Source of the DNA: Myxococcales bacterium
GTDB taxonomy: Bacteria > Myxococcota_A > Polyangia > Polyangiales > DASUME01
Direction: 5' to 3'
Assembly (NCBI GenBank): GCA_047601445.1
Contig: JASGJH010000001.1
Span: forward strand, 6,944,001 to 7,008,000
Length of the DNA: 64,000 nt
The notes beneath the pieces were generated by a model. It had not been told where the DNA came from. It did not search any database and was given only the letters and a program-made list of their open reading frames with translations. How positions within the stretch are numbered: the first letter of the stretch is position 1; each line of letters starts with the position of its first letter. This document shows, one piece after another, positions 27,001 to 35,199 of the stretch. Position numbers and translations under genes: made by a program.

Positions 27001-27618
27001 GCGCACCACGTTGGCTCGCAGCGCTTCGTCGGCCGTCATGCCGGACAGGGCGTCGATCATGCGCTCGCGCACGATGTCGTCGTTGCGCTGGGCCGTCGCG
27101 CGAATCGCCGCCAGCTTCTCGCTGGCAAAGCGACGCGCCTGATTGACGAGCTCCCCGCGGAACGCGCTGGCCTTTTCGAGCGAGCCCGCCACGGACTTCG
27201 CGTGATCGGTGCTGAGGTCGCGCGCGGGAGGCACCTCGAGGCCGGCCTTGGCGAGCAGCTCCCGCGGCAGCCGAATCAGGTACTGCTCGGTGCGGCCGCC
27301 ATCGAGGCGCACGTCATTGCTCGAATACAGGAGCCGCTGTGCCGCGCTGAGGCCGGGCTCCTCGGGGGCCAGGACGGTGAGGTGCAAGTTGGGACGGCGT
27401 TCGCTGGTGTCGCGGCCCTGAATCTCGTCGTCCTCGAAGGCGAAGGTGACCTCACCATGTTGGTCCGTGATACGCGAGCCGATCCGGCGCGCGTCACCCT
27501 GGGCGGCGGTGTCGCGCGGAGCGCGCGTCGACAGGTCCTGCAGGACCACGATCAACTGAGCGACGCCGACACCCGTATCCTTGAGCACGACCTTGGCCGT
27601 GATCGCATATTTTCCCAT
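24034..27618 (-). CDS. Large uncharacterised protein (1194 aa): N-terminal beta-sandwich, poly-Gly linker, Ser/Thr-rich core, coiled coil
   Basis: GAGGAG RBS; GC3-rich coding frame; motifs YRQKWEP..GDLVHTLTLAPKE, NPNDELTVTYLFYELERRYRV, VPTDSLFIEALPG. Confidence 0.8.
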   Translation of the reverse strand: MGKYAITAKVVLKDTGVGVAQLIVVLQDLSTRAPRDTAAQGDARRIGSRITDQHGEVTFAFEDDEIQGRDTSERRPNLHLTVLAPEEPGLSAAQRLLYSSNDVRLDGGRTEQYLIRLPRELLAKAGLEVPPARDLSTDHAKSVAGSLEKASAFRGELVNQARRFASEKLAAIRATAQRNDDIVRERMIDALSGMTADEALRANVVRPGKPVGPVVWNAANKRISKVNSDSKGVVAYVVLSEEEARPFRTATGFRSDVTQQEIEPYLFRAREAEGRPTTITRTDPLEAMCRPASAPNPILAPDPASPSTTPAGGSTSGSNGSGGNGAGEYDASIQDLPRFVGRVINEMSAPEHPISDGSGRPTPEDVQNNLDRLKIGSGPADVTAFHDYQNLQIAFDYVWQQILDDGALDTATALARRLEDAGGNAVAAMAAGNDPVTTLRRETQIIARVNDTGFDGPLPDWVRNAGGIEGGSFDPTDPYGPGWPGGGGGGGGGGGGGGGGGGGGGGGGTGTGGVRGGIVINPGDLSVSVGTTQPHELLQDLEEILYENYKFDVFAPGSTNFGVLVTYRQKWEPLTYQAGDLVHTLTLAPKETRKVTSRRTVKRERSERETEANLKNRNDETKSTARADAEVVDRASTKSNFNLSAKGTYNIGLASGDSTTTLDRTAEAASQETKKSFHEDVLNAAMQLRSEKNWSFESKDTEEQETTETSEVSNPNDELTVTYLFYELERRYRVSEHLHRLTPVVLVGMEVPNPNRKSIDKVLLKHSWIINRVLLDDRYRAPLEYLCNRIVGDELGLRELANNLTEVRAAVAQLQKMQRDMEAEVKAREATLDAAITQRAIKAAEANGDGIIEDAFEWAFGKGSEEDVESARIVEDMRREELERSVRREKETRMRLDSETATLNGAAHAYAQAYAEHSNRLMEVAGLRAHFKENVLYYMQAIWSFTFRDQTFFQLYKVKAPRITESAKTYKLEEADTPLLPRPLGSVVLKVTANYTLNGGITVEQDAVTLAEIADLDQPLGFKGNYMMFPLRKSNPLVDLMMLPYVDSELGLHDPDELGAWSPEDFACYARCLLKQHRDAADLPAAEYQALEARLVKQYEQILSSPRRVSDEVVVPTDSLFIEALPGSHALLEDFKLKHRVMDLEKAREETRRLKLENLRYAARVLDKKYDDPEVERQIVVSGHNGALVVPSDA
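26095..26166 (-). repeat. Poly-glycine tract (24 Gly, mixed GGN codons)
   Basis: 24 consecutive NCC triplets on the + strand inside the 1194-aa CDS. Confidence 0.9.
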
Positions 27619-27787
27619 GCAGCAGCTCCTCCCCGACCGCGACGGTTGGAACTGCTCGATGGGCGGACGTGGGAGCCGACGACACTACCACCGGGGGAGG
27701 CGCACTAGTCAATCTATGCTCTACTAGGGGTGATCAGACCCGTCCCCCGGCTGGACCCCTGAACAGGGCTTTGGTAGCGTCCGGCCG

Positions 27788-29044
27788 ATGGCGAGTCGGG
27801 TGACCAAGCATGCAAGTCCGTTGCTCTTGCAGCGGGGAGTACGCGGGGTTTCCGGGCAGTCCCTCGATATCGTCTTGCACGTGCCAGTCGCGCCCGCCTT
27901 GTCGGCCGCAGGCTTCGAGTTCGACAGCGCTTTTCCCGGGGCTGCGTTGCTCGGCACCATGAGTGATTTCGCCCATGAAGCGATGCAGCGCCCCGAAGCG
28001 CGCCTGATGGTGTTCGGCCATGCCGACGAGGCCGGCGACGAGGGCTACAACAAGAAGCTCGGGGACCGGCGCGCGAGGTCCGTGCTGGCACTGCTGACTC
28101 AGGATCTCGACGCGTTCGACGCGGTTGCCGACGACGACAAGTGGGACCTGATCCATTACCAGGCCATCATGGTGGCGCTCGGGATCACGCCGATGGATGT
28201 GGACGGCAAGCCCGGCCCCAAGACGACCAAGGGCACCAAGGCGTTTCAAGTCGCCTACAACGCGGGCGACTACCACGCCCACGCCGTGCGTGAGCGGGCC
28301 CACGATAAGCTGCAGGCCGACGGCAAGTTGGGCCCCAAGACCTACGCCGCACTGCGCGATGCCTACCTCGCGATGGTGGACGCCCAGATCGATCCTGCGC
28401 GCTTCATCGGCCCGAAATTCGCTGGCTGCGGCGAGTTCAACCGCATCGGCAGCCCCGAGCAAGATCGGCGCGTCGTGCTCGCCATGTATCGTCCCGACTT
28501 CCCCACCGAGAGCAAGATTCCTTGCAAGGAGGGGGACGCCGGGGGCTGCAAGTTGAACCGCGACGCGCAGCACACCTGGAAGTGCAACTTCTACCGGCGC
28601 ACGCTCGAGAGCGAAGTGCCCTTGGCGGGCAAGCCGTTGCCCGCGCGCGTGAAGATCCTGGTCCAGACGGTGGACGAGCTCGGCTATCGCCTGGGAAGTC
28701 AGGCGCTCGTGTTCATCGACGGGACCGGCGCTGAATCTCCGGTGGCCACCGACGAGAAGGGCGTCTTCAACGGCTTTATCACCGTGAGCGGTCCAAAGTT
28801 GTCGGTACGCCTGCCGAACGGCGCGACGCGGGACATCTGGGACGCTCCCGTCGGTGAGCCCGCCGTGATCGATCTGGTGATCACGGGAACGCTCGAGGAT
28901 GCCGCGCTCGACGAGCGGCGCGTCCTGGAATCCTTCTATGGTCGAACCCCAGCTCAGCTTCGCGCGGAGGGTGGCCGAACCATCACCGCGGACCTCTTTG
29001 GTGAAGGCTGGCTCACGACGTCCGACCGAGGCGCCAACTCCTAG
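27788..29044 (+). CDS. OmpA-like domain protein with inserted peptidoglycan-binding domain
   Basis: VFGHADEAGDEGYNKKLGDRRARSV and GCGEFN...DRRV (split OmpA_C motif) around VDGKPGPKT...AFQ and LQADGKLGPKTYAAL (PG_binding_1-like). Confidence 0.78.
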   Translation: MASRVTKHASPLLLQRGVRGVSGQSLDIVLHVPVAPALSAAGFEFDSAFPGAALLGTMSDFAHEAMQRPEARLMVFGHADEAGDEGYNKKLGDRRARSVLALLTQDLDAFDAVADDDKWDLIHYQAIMVALGITPMDVDGKPGPKTTKGTKAFQVAYNAGDYHAHAVRERAHDKLQADGKLGPKTYAALRDAYLAMVDAQIDPARFIGPKFAGCGEFNRIGSPEQDRRVVLAMYRPDFPTESKIPCKEGDAGGCKLNRDAQHTWKCNFYRRTLESEVPLAGKPLPARVKILVQTVDELGYRLGSQALVFIDGTGAESPVATDEKGVFNGFITVSGPKLSVRLPNGATRDIWDAPVGEPAVIDLVITGTLEDAALDERRVLESFYGRTPAQLRAEGGRTITADLFGEGWLTTSDRGANS

Positions 29045-29055
29045 GAGTGTCTCCG

Positions 29056-29502
29056 ATGCGAACCATGTTCTTGCTCTTCACGCGCCTCGCGCTGCTTGCT
29101 CTTCTTGTTGGCTGTAAAGATCAGGCCGCACCCGCGCCAGTGCCGCAGTTGCCGACCCAGGAGCGGCGGCCAGAAGGCGTCGCCAACGAGCCCCCCAAGG
29201 ACGATCAGGTCGCCGGCGATACGCCCGCGAACCAGCCGCCCGCGAGCCCCACGGCGGCTACGGCCCCTGCGAACAAGGACAGCGCGAGCAACCAGGCGAT
29301 CCGTACGAACGACGCGTCCCCTGAGGCGAAGGCGCGCGCCGACGCGGACGAGGAGTCCAAGCACAAGGCGCTCGTCGAACAGGCCAAGCGCGACCGCAAG
29401 GCGGCGGCCGAAGCCGCCGAGAACGTCTTCGAGCAGGAAGAGTCGGGCGAGCTCGATAGCGTTCTGCGCGGCGAGAAGCTCAAGGGCGACAAGCTTCGCT
29501 AG
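29056..29502 (+). CDS. Pro/Ala-rich lipoprotein
   Basis: AGGAG RBS, LLVG-C lipobox, low-complexity body, charged helical C-terminus. Confidence 0.75.
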   Translation: MRTMFLLFTRLALLALLVGCKDQAAPAPVPQLPTQERRPEGVANEPPKDDQVAGDTPANQPPASPTAATAPANKDSASNQAIRTNDASPEAKARADADEESKHKALVEQAKRDRKAAAEAAENVFEQEESGELDSVLRGEKLKGDKLR

Positions 29503-29522
29503 GGCAAAAGAAGAGAACCAAC

Positions 29523-31631
29523 GTGGCACAGCGATTCACGAAGCGAGCAGCAGGCAATGCCCTCTCCGACAACCTGGTCATCATGGCCGGGTTCACCGCC
29601 GACGGGCAGCGTCAGCTCCCAACGTTCGTAGACGAATGGCTCGGTGATCACTACCCGCAGGTGGTCGCATCCGGCTACGTGCTGCATCTGCTGATCGTGA
29701 AGGATGGGAAGCAGTACTTCCGCAGCCATGCGCGCGGCGAGCCGGTCTCGGAGTTCGCCCTTTCCGCGCACATTCGCGAGCACTACGGCCTGCACGGGCC
29801 CGTCATCTCCAAGGAGCTCACCTACCGGGATCTCGGCGGTGGCTGTGTACCGTTGTTCGTCGCCGGCAAAGAGGAGCTGCCGGAGGGCCAGGAGGACACC
29901 ACCCCCGGCCGCCGCATGCTCACCACGGTGATCGACTCGTCGGACCAGGCGCGCTTCAAGGACTACCTGGAGACCTCGCTCGAGCGCGGACACGTGCAGC
30001 TCATCTACAACGTCCCTTCGCTCTCCACCGTGGTGCGGCTCGCGATGATGGGCGGCACCGGTCTGCTCGAAGATTATCCGCGCGACAAGGACATCCGAGA
30101 CCGCGTCCACAAGCGGAATCTCAAGGTGGCATCCCAGTGCAAGGGCGCCTACGACGGTTACATCAACAGCTACGTACGGCGCGTGCAGTCCATCAACGCC
30201 GACCCCAAGCTGGCGACCGCTGCCGGCCTGCCGCACCCCGAGCTCCAGCTGCGCAAGCTCGGTCCTCCGGAGTCCGGCTGGGAATTTCCCAAGCCCGTGG
30301 GCATCAACGATCGCGAGTTCAAGGACATCGTCGACCTGGGGCCAGCCTCCGCGTTGCCCGCCTGGCGCGCCATCCAGAGCAAGCTCGACGAGATCTGGGG
30401 CATCCGCTCCGCGGGCAGCGCGTGGGTGACCTGTGACTTCGAGCTGGTCCCTGCGCTCAACATGGACACACCGCTCGGCAAGTTCGGCGTCTCGGGCAAG
30501 CTCAAGTACAACTTCGAGGCAGACGAAAAGGGCGACGTGAAGCTCGTCGAGAGCCACCAAGAAGTGGCCGTGAACCTCGGCTTTACCAGCATCAGCCTGG
30601 ACGAGAACGGAAAGAAGAAGACCAAGTACAAGGTCAAAGCGTCGATCAAGGACCCGAAGGATCCCAAGAAGAACGTGTACAGCAAGGAGGTCGAGTTCGA
30701 CCCCGAGGGCACGGGCTCGTTCGGTCTGGAACTCAAGGGCGCCACGGTGAAGATCTCCTTCGACAAGGGCAAGATCGTGTCGGGCGTGAAGGCCAAGTTC
30801 GGCGGCTACGGCGTGGAGTTCAATCAGGACGGCAAGATGGGGATCGACTTGCCACTGGTGTCCTTCGGCCAGGAAGGTGCGGTCACCGAGATCTCCGCGG
30901 GCATTTTCACGGCCACTGCCGACCAGAACACGCGCACCTTCGGTGTGGGCATGGAGGTCGGTCTCAAGGATTGGTTCCTGAAACGCTTCGAGGAGAAGGG
31001 GGAAGAGCCACCCGCCTGGGCCAAGCGCTTGCCCGACCTCAAGCTCTCGCTCGGAGCGCACTTCCAGAGTGCACGCGACAGCGACATCATGCGCGTGCTC
31101 GCCAAGACACCGGGGCTGTGGCAGATGCGCCCGCGTGAGGAGTTCGTCCAACTCGGATGGGACTCCCTCGATGCCGACGAACAAAACGCGCTGGCCACCC
31201 TGGGCTTCGACAAGCACTCGTGGGACTTGAAGTACCTGCCCAAGGCCACCACCGGCCTCTACGCCGATCTCACGGCGGACCAGATGATGGCGACCCTGCA
31301 CCTGCCCATTCCAGCTGCGGATCCCTACTGGCAGGACTACTGGAAGGAGCTGGCCGCCAAGGCTCCGGACCTCGGGAGCGCCGTCGTCACGGTGAAGGAC
31401 GCGAGCGGCAATCCCAAGCAAGGCGCGACGGTGAAGCTACTCAGCTCGGGGCCCGAGAAAGTGCGCACCACCGCGGCCAACGGCGAGGCCGTGTTCCGTG
31501 ACATCAGCTGCGGCAAGTACGAAGCCGTCACGGGCAACGACGCAGAGCAGGGCAGCTCGACGTCGTCGGGGCGTAAGCCCCTCGAGATCACCCGCGGGGG
31601 AGATGCGAAGCTAGCGTTGACCGCGCCGTAA
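29523..31631 (+). CDS. Hypothetical protein with central amphipathic beta-strand region and C-terminal carboxypeptidase-regulatory-like domain
   Basis: 702-aa GC3-rich ORF; terminal VTVKDASGNPKQGATVKL...TTAANGEAVF...GKY. Confidence 0.75.
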   Translation: MAQRFTKRAAGNALSDNLVIMAGFTADGQRQLPTFVDEWLGDHYPQVVASGYVLHLLIVKDGKQYFRSHARGEPVSEFALSAHIREHYGLHGPVISKELTYRDLGGGCVPLFVAGKEELPEGQEDTTPGRRMLTTVIDSSDQARFKDYLETSLERGHVQLIYNVPSLSTVVRLAMMGGTGLLEDYPRDKDIRDRVHKRNLKVASQCKGAYDGYINSYVRRVQSINADPKLATAAGLPHPELQLRKLGPPESGWEFPKPVGINDREFKDIVDLGPASALPAWRAIQSKLDEIWGIRSAGSAWVTCDFELVPALNMDTPLGKFGVSGKLKYNFEADEKGDVKLVESHQEVAVNLGFTSISLDENGKKKTKYKVKASIKDPKDPKKNVYSKEVEFDPEGTGSFGLELKGATVKISFDKGKIVSGVKAKFGGYGVEFNQDGKMGIDLPLVSFGQEGAVTEISAGIFTATADQNTRTFGVGMEVGLKDWFLKRFEEKGEEPPAWAKRLPDLKLSLGAHFQSARDSDIMRVLAKTPGLWQMRPREEFVQLGWDSLDADEQNALATLGFDKHSWDLKYLPKATTGLYADLTADQMMATLHLPIPAADPYWQDYWKELAAKAPDLGSAVVTVKDASGNPKQGATVKLLSSGPEKVRTTAANGEAVFRDISCGKYEAVTGNDAEQGSSTSSGRKPLEITRGGDAKLALTAP

Positions 31632-31779
31632 GACTGCACTTTGACTTTCACGGCGACGACGACGTGAACTTTGACAGCGACGGCGACGGCGTGCTTGAGC
31701 GACCTCGCGGTGACTTCTGAACGTCTGAACGCTCACGCCACGCGAACTCTACTAGTCTCGCGAGATCAGGAAGACCCAC

Positions 31780-32166
31780 ATGATCGATCACGTATCCATC
31801 GGAGTGAAGGACCTGGAGCGCAGCACGCGCCTCTACGACGCCATGCTGAGCGAGCTCGGCTACGTCCGCATGATGACGCGCGAGCACACCGTGGGCTACG
31901 GCAAGCGCTACCCGGACCTATGGCTCAACGCACGCCCCGAGCTCGTGCCCGATGGCCGCTCCGGTTGGCACGTGTGCCTACGAGCGCGCACGCCTCAGGC
32001 GATCGATGCGTTCTATGCGCGAGCACTGGCCGAGGGAGCCACGAGCGACGGCAAGCCGGGCTTGCGGCCCGAGTACCACGAGACGTATTACGCGGCGTTC
32101 GTGCGGGATTTTGATCAGAACCTGGTGGAAGTGGTGACGTTCTTGGGAGCGGAGCGGGGGGACTAA
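31780..32166 (+). CDS. VOC (glyoxalase/bleomycin resistance) family protein
   Basis: MIDHVSIGVKDLERS..YD, HVCLRA, GKPGLRPEYH..YYAAFVRD. Confidence 0.92.
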   Translation: MIDHVSIGVKDLERSTRLYDAMLSELGYVRMMTREHTVGYGKRYPDLWLNARPELVPDGRSGWHVCLRARTPQAIDAFYARALAEGATSDGKPGLRPEYHETYYAAFVRDFDQNLVEVVTFLGAERGD

Positions 32167-32260
32167 TGGGGGCGCGGCTCTTCGATTGGGCCGTGTTGCC
32201 TTGGATTACGACGTGGGCTGACCAGCTCATGTGGACGTTGGACAGACAAAGCAAGAACCC

Positions 32261-33007
32261 ATGCGAACTGTCGCGATCGCAGCGTGTCTGACAGGATTGG
32301 CAATCAGCGGGATTGCGCTCGCGCTCCTAAGCTTCGCACCGCGCCTTGTTGAAGATCATGTCCGGGATGCCGTCGTGAGCCTGCTGCGGAGCGAAGTGGC
32401 CGAGAGCGTTGGTCCCAAGGTGGACGTCGAGGCGGTCGCCGAACTTGCCAAGAGAGCGGTCGAGCGGAAAATGGCTGGCCTCAGCGAGAGGATGGAGAGC
32501 CAACTCCCAGAGGCGGTTGCGCTCATCTTCACTCACCTGTGCCATTACGAATGCAGCTCTCGTAACGAGGTCGCGGCGTCGCTGCGCGCGAAACTGGCCG
32601 AAAAAGTGATTGGTTTGGAGCGCGGTCTGGCCCGGGTCAGCGTGTGGGCAGAGAGCAGGTACGCTCGGCTGGTCACCGAATTCGTTCACGAGTTGACCAT
32701 CTTCTTCGGTGCAAACGCAGGGCTCTTTGCGCTGGCGCTCCTAGGCCTGTTGCGAGCGCCACGAAATTCCGTGATCGAGAAGACCTCGCTACTCCTTCTA
32801 GTCTCGACCCTTACGGTGGCCGCAACGTATTTCGCCAGTCAGAACTGGCTGCTGACCTTCGTCACGGCGGATTACCTGGGTTGGTCGTACCTCGCGTGCG
32901 TCGCAGCAGCTTTCGTCTTGCTCGTCGACAACGCATTCTTGAAAGCGACGATAACCAGCGCGTTGCTGAACGCCATCGGGGCGCTTGTTCCAGGCGGAGC
33001 TACCTAG
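32261..33007 (+). CDS. Hypothetical membrane protein
   Basis: N-terminal TM helix, helical middle region, 3-4 C-terminal TM helices. Confidence 0.7.
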   Translation: MRTVAIAACLTGLAISGIALALLSFAPRLVEDHVRDAVVSLLRSEVAESVGPKVDVEAVAELAKRAVERKMAGLSERMESQLPEAVALIFTHLCHYECSSRNEVAASLRAKLAEKVIGLERGLARVSVWAESRYARLVTEFVHELTIFFGANAGLFALALLGLLRAPRNSVIEKTSLLLLVSTLTVAATYFASQNWLLTFVTADYLGWSYLACVAAAFVLLVDNAFLKATITSALLNAIGALVPGGAT

Positions 33008-33228
33008 CTCAGGGAGGCCAAGAGAACCGTGCGCGGGTGCTGCAATGCGCGCTGAACCGGGGGCCCTTTAAGTGATGAAATTGGGGTGCCCTTGCGAGGC
33101 GTCCAAGCACTATCGCCAAACAGCCGAACAGCTGGGAAGCGCGGAGCGGAGGCAACCGCGGGCACTGGTAGCGACACCTATCGCCGGGCTCGGCGGACCA
33201 ACCAGCGGACGCGGACGACAACCGCCGC

Positions 33229-34533
33229 CTAGTACTGATCCTTTAGAGAATACGTTGCGTTCGAACCGGAGCTCCAGCTGAGGTCCGTCCAGCCCCAAGA
33301 GTTGCCGCTGCTCCAGTATTCATGCAGATGGTTGTCCGTGGCGATGTAGAAAATGTGGCTCGTGCCGGTCGCATCCTGATAGCCGGCGATTGGGCTTAGG
33401 GCACCGTCCGCTGCTTTAGCAGCAGGAAATCCCACCTTCTGAGTGATGTTCTCGTTCACGTTCGGATTGTAGATGTTCTGGTCCGACCCGATGTAGAAGG
33501 GGATGCCGTTGTACGAGACGGTTGGGCTGCTCGAGGTCAAATACGGCGCATTGATCACGCCGCTCACCCAATGATTGTAGTAAGCCAGCCAGCGCATCCC
33601 CGGGGCGCCCCCTTGCTGCGCACCCCAGATGGTCTGGATGCCGTTGGCAACGGAGCTGGAAAACTTTCCCGCGGGGATTTGCGCTGAGGTGAGGTTCGGT
33701 TGAACCGCGGCGCTCAAGTTGTTGGGCCACCATTGGTTACCGGATGTGTAGAGCTCATGGAAAATGCCATCCAGACCGTTGTAATAGATATGCTGAGCGG
33801 TGCCGTCCCAGCCACCCGATATTCCTTCACTGCCGTTGGCTCCGATGTTGATCGCGGCGTCATGCGTCTCCGCAGCCCAGTTCCAAGTGTTGTTACTGAC
33901 GTAGGTGTGCATGAGGACGTTTGGATAATCGCCCGCCACTCGGGATCCATAGGCCCAGACGCTCTGGTTTGTGCCGTCGTAATATGCGACCAGGGGCGGA
34001 CTTCCGGTGACGGGTCCCAAGAGGCAACCCATCGGCGTATCGGTTCTTCCGACCGGCTGCTTTCCAGCAGGCACGAAGGTCGTGTAGTTATGCCCGGGGC
34101 CACTGGACGGCTCCGGTAGGTTGTCTCGGCTCCAAGTCTGCCCCGAGCCATGGAGACCGTCTCCGGTGCGGATCCCGACAACCTTCAGCGTATAGGGAGG
34201 GTTCGGATCGTAGCTTAGGAAGTAGAGGTGATCCTGGTTGTCGTGTCTCTCGTAGAGACCCGCAAAACTGCCCCCGAGAACGACGAATGGCGACAGTACT
34301 TTGGAGTACCGCCACCCCGCGGACGGCGAGTAGAAGTACTCTTCGATATAGTAATACTTGCAGTATGGCTGCGGGCCGTCATCCGATCGCATGACGAACA
34401 CGTGCGCGTCGGTGCCGTTCGCGCCCGGATACGCCACGATCTTGGCGTAGGCCTCGGCATCGTTGGGGGCGACGGCCTGAAGAAGAGTCGCCGTTCCTGC
34501 GAGTGCAGCGGCAAGTGTCACTTTGTTGCGCAT
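33229..34533 (-). CDS. Secreted beta-propeller protein with fucose-lectin/PLL-like repeats
   Basis: AGGAG RBS; signal ending DAEA; blades such as HIYYNGLDGIFHELY..GNQWW and HIFYIATDNHLHEYW..GNSWGWTDLS. Confidence 0.7.
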   Translation of the reverse strand: MRNKVTLAAALAGTATLLQAVAPNDAEAYAKIVAYPGANGTDAHVFVMRSDDGPQPYCKYYYIEEYFYSPSAGWRYSKVLSPFVVLGGSFAGLYERHDNQDHLYFLSYDPNPPYTLKVVGIRTGDGLHGSGQTWSRDNLPEPSSGPGHNYTTFVPAGKQPVGRTDTPMGCLLGPVTGSPPLVAYYDGTNQSVWAYGSRVAGDYPNVLMHTYVSNNTWNWAAETHDAAINIGANGSEGISGGWDGTAQHIYYNGLDGIFHELYTSGNQWWPNNLSAAVQPNLTSAQIPAGKFSSSVANGIQTIWGAQQGGAPGMRWLAYYNHWVSGVINAPYLTSSSPTVSYNGIPFYIGSDQNIYNPNVNENITQKVGFPAAKAADGALSPIAGYQDATGTSHIFYIATDNHLHEYWSSGNSWGWTDLSWSSGSNATYSLKDQY

Positions 34534-34736
34534 AGTTGAACTCCTGTTCTTGATGGCCAAAAGCGCAGTAGTCGGCGGCGGGCCTCGGCCGGTTAGGCCG
34601 GACTGAGTGTGCAGTCGTCTATGCGTTTGGACCTATATATGCGCGGTCGCAACGATCGTTCCATGGCAACTTCCTTTAGAGGATGCTTGGTGCCATCGGC
34701 CTCCGTGGGCGAAACGCGCGCCGAAACACGCCAAAT

Positions 34737-34955
34737 TTACGGTTACTCGGCATGCTCGTCGGGAACGTGGCTCATCAGTTGAACGCCCTGCTGCAGTGTG
34801 AGGACGGCTATCTATCCCTCGCTGCTGGAGGCTGCGCACCGCTCGGTGAGCCGGCCCTGCTCGCTGCACTCCATTCACGCAGCGCAGTCGGCGACCGAGA
34901 ACATGCGAGAGCTCGTCGGAGACCTGCGACACTTTTCGGAAGTAGACGAGCCGAC
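34737..34955 (+). pseudogene. Degenerate histidine-kinase dimerisation (HisKA)-like fragment
   Basis: LGMLVGNVAHQLNALL in one frame continues as AAQSATENMRELVGDLRHFS in the +1 frame; no ATPase domain follows. Confidence 0.4.
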
Positions 34956-35199
34956 GCCAAGCAAGCACTGGGGGCGGCAATGGGCATCAGTGCACCGCAT
35001 TCTGCGGTCCGACGCTCAGCTCGAGGGTCTAAGCCGCCTCTACGAATCACCCCGACGTTTGTGCTTGAGCGCAACAGAGCACTCGGCCCGTCGCCAGCGC
35101 GGGCTTGGCTTCCGGCCGGCACTCCGCGCTCAGTACTGGTTGCCGTGTTCCGGGTGTCATACGATCCGCGGTCTGTCACACAACGCGAGTCTGAGGTCG

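Noticed and set aside
25321..27708. 795-aa plus-strand ORF and similar long antisense or alternative-frame ORFs throughout the window
   Set aside because: Expected in high-GC DNA; they overlap better-supported genes that have RBS and motifs, and show no recognisable domains
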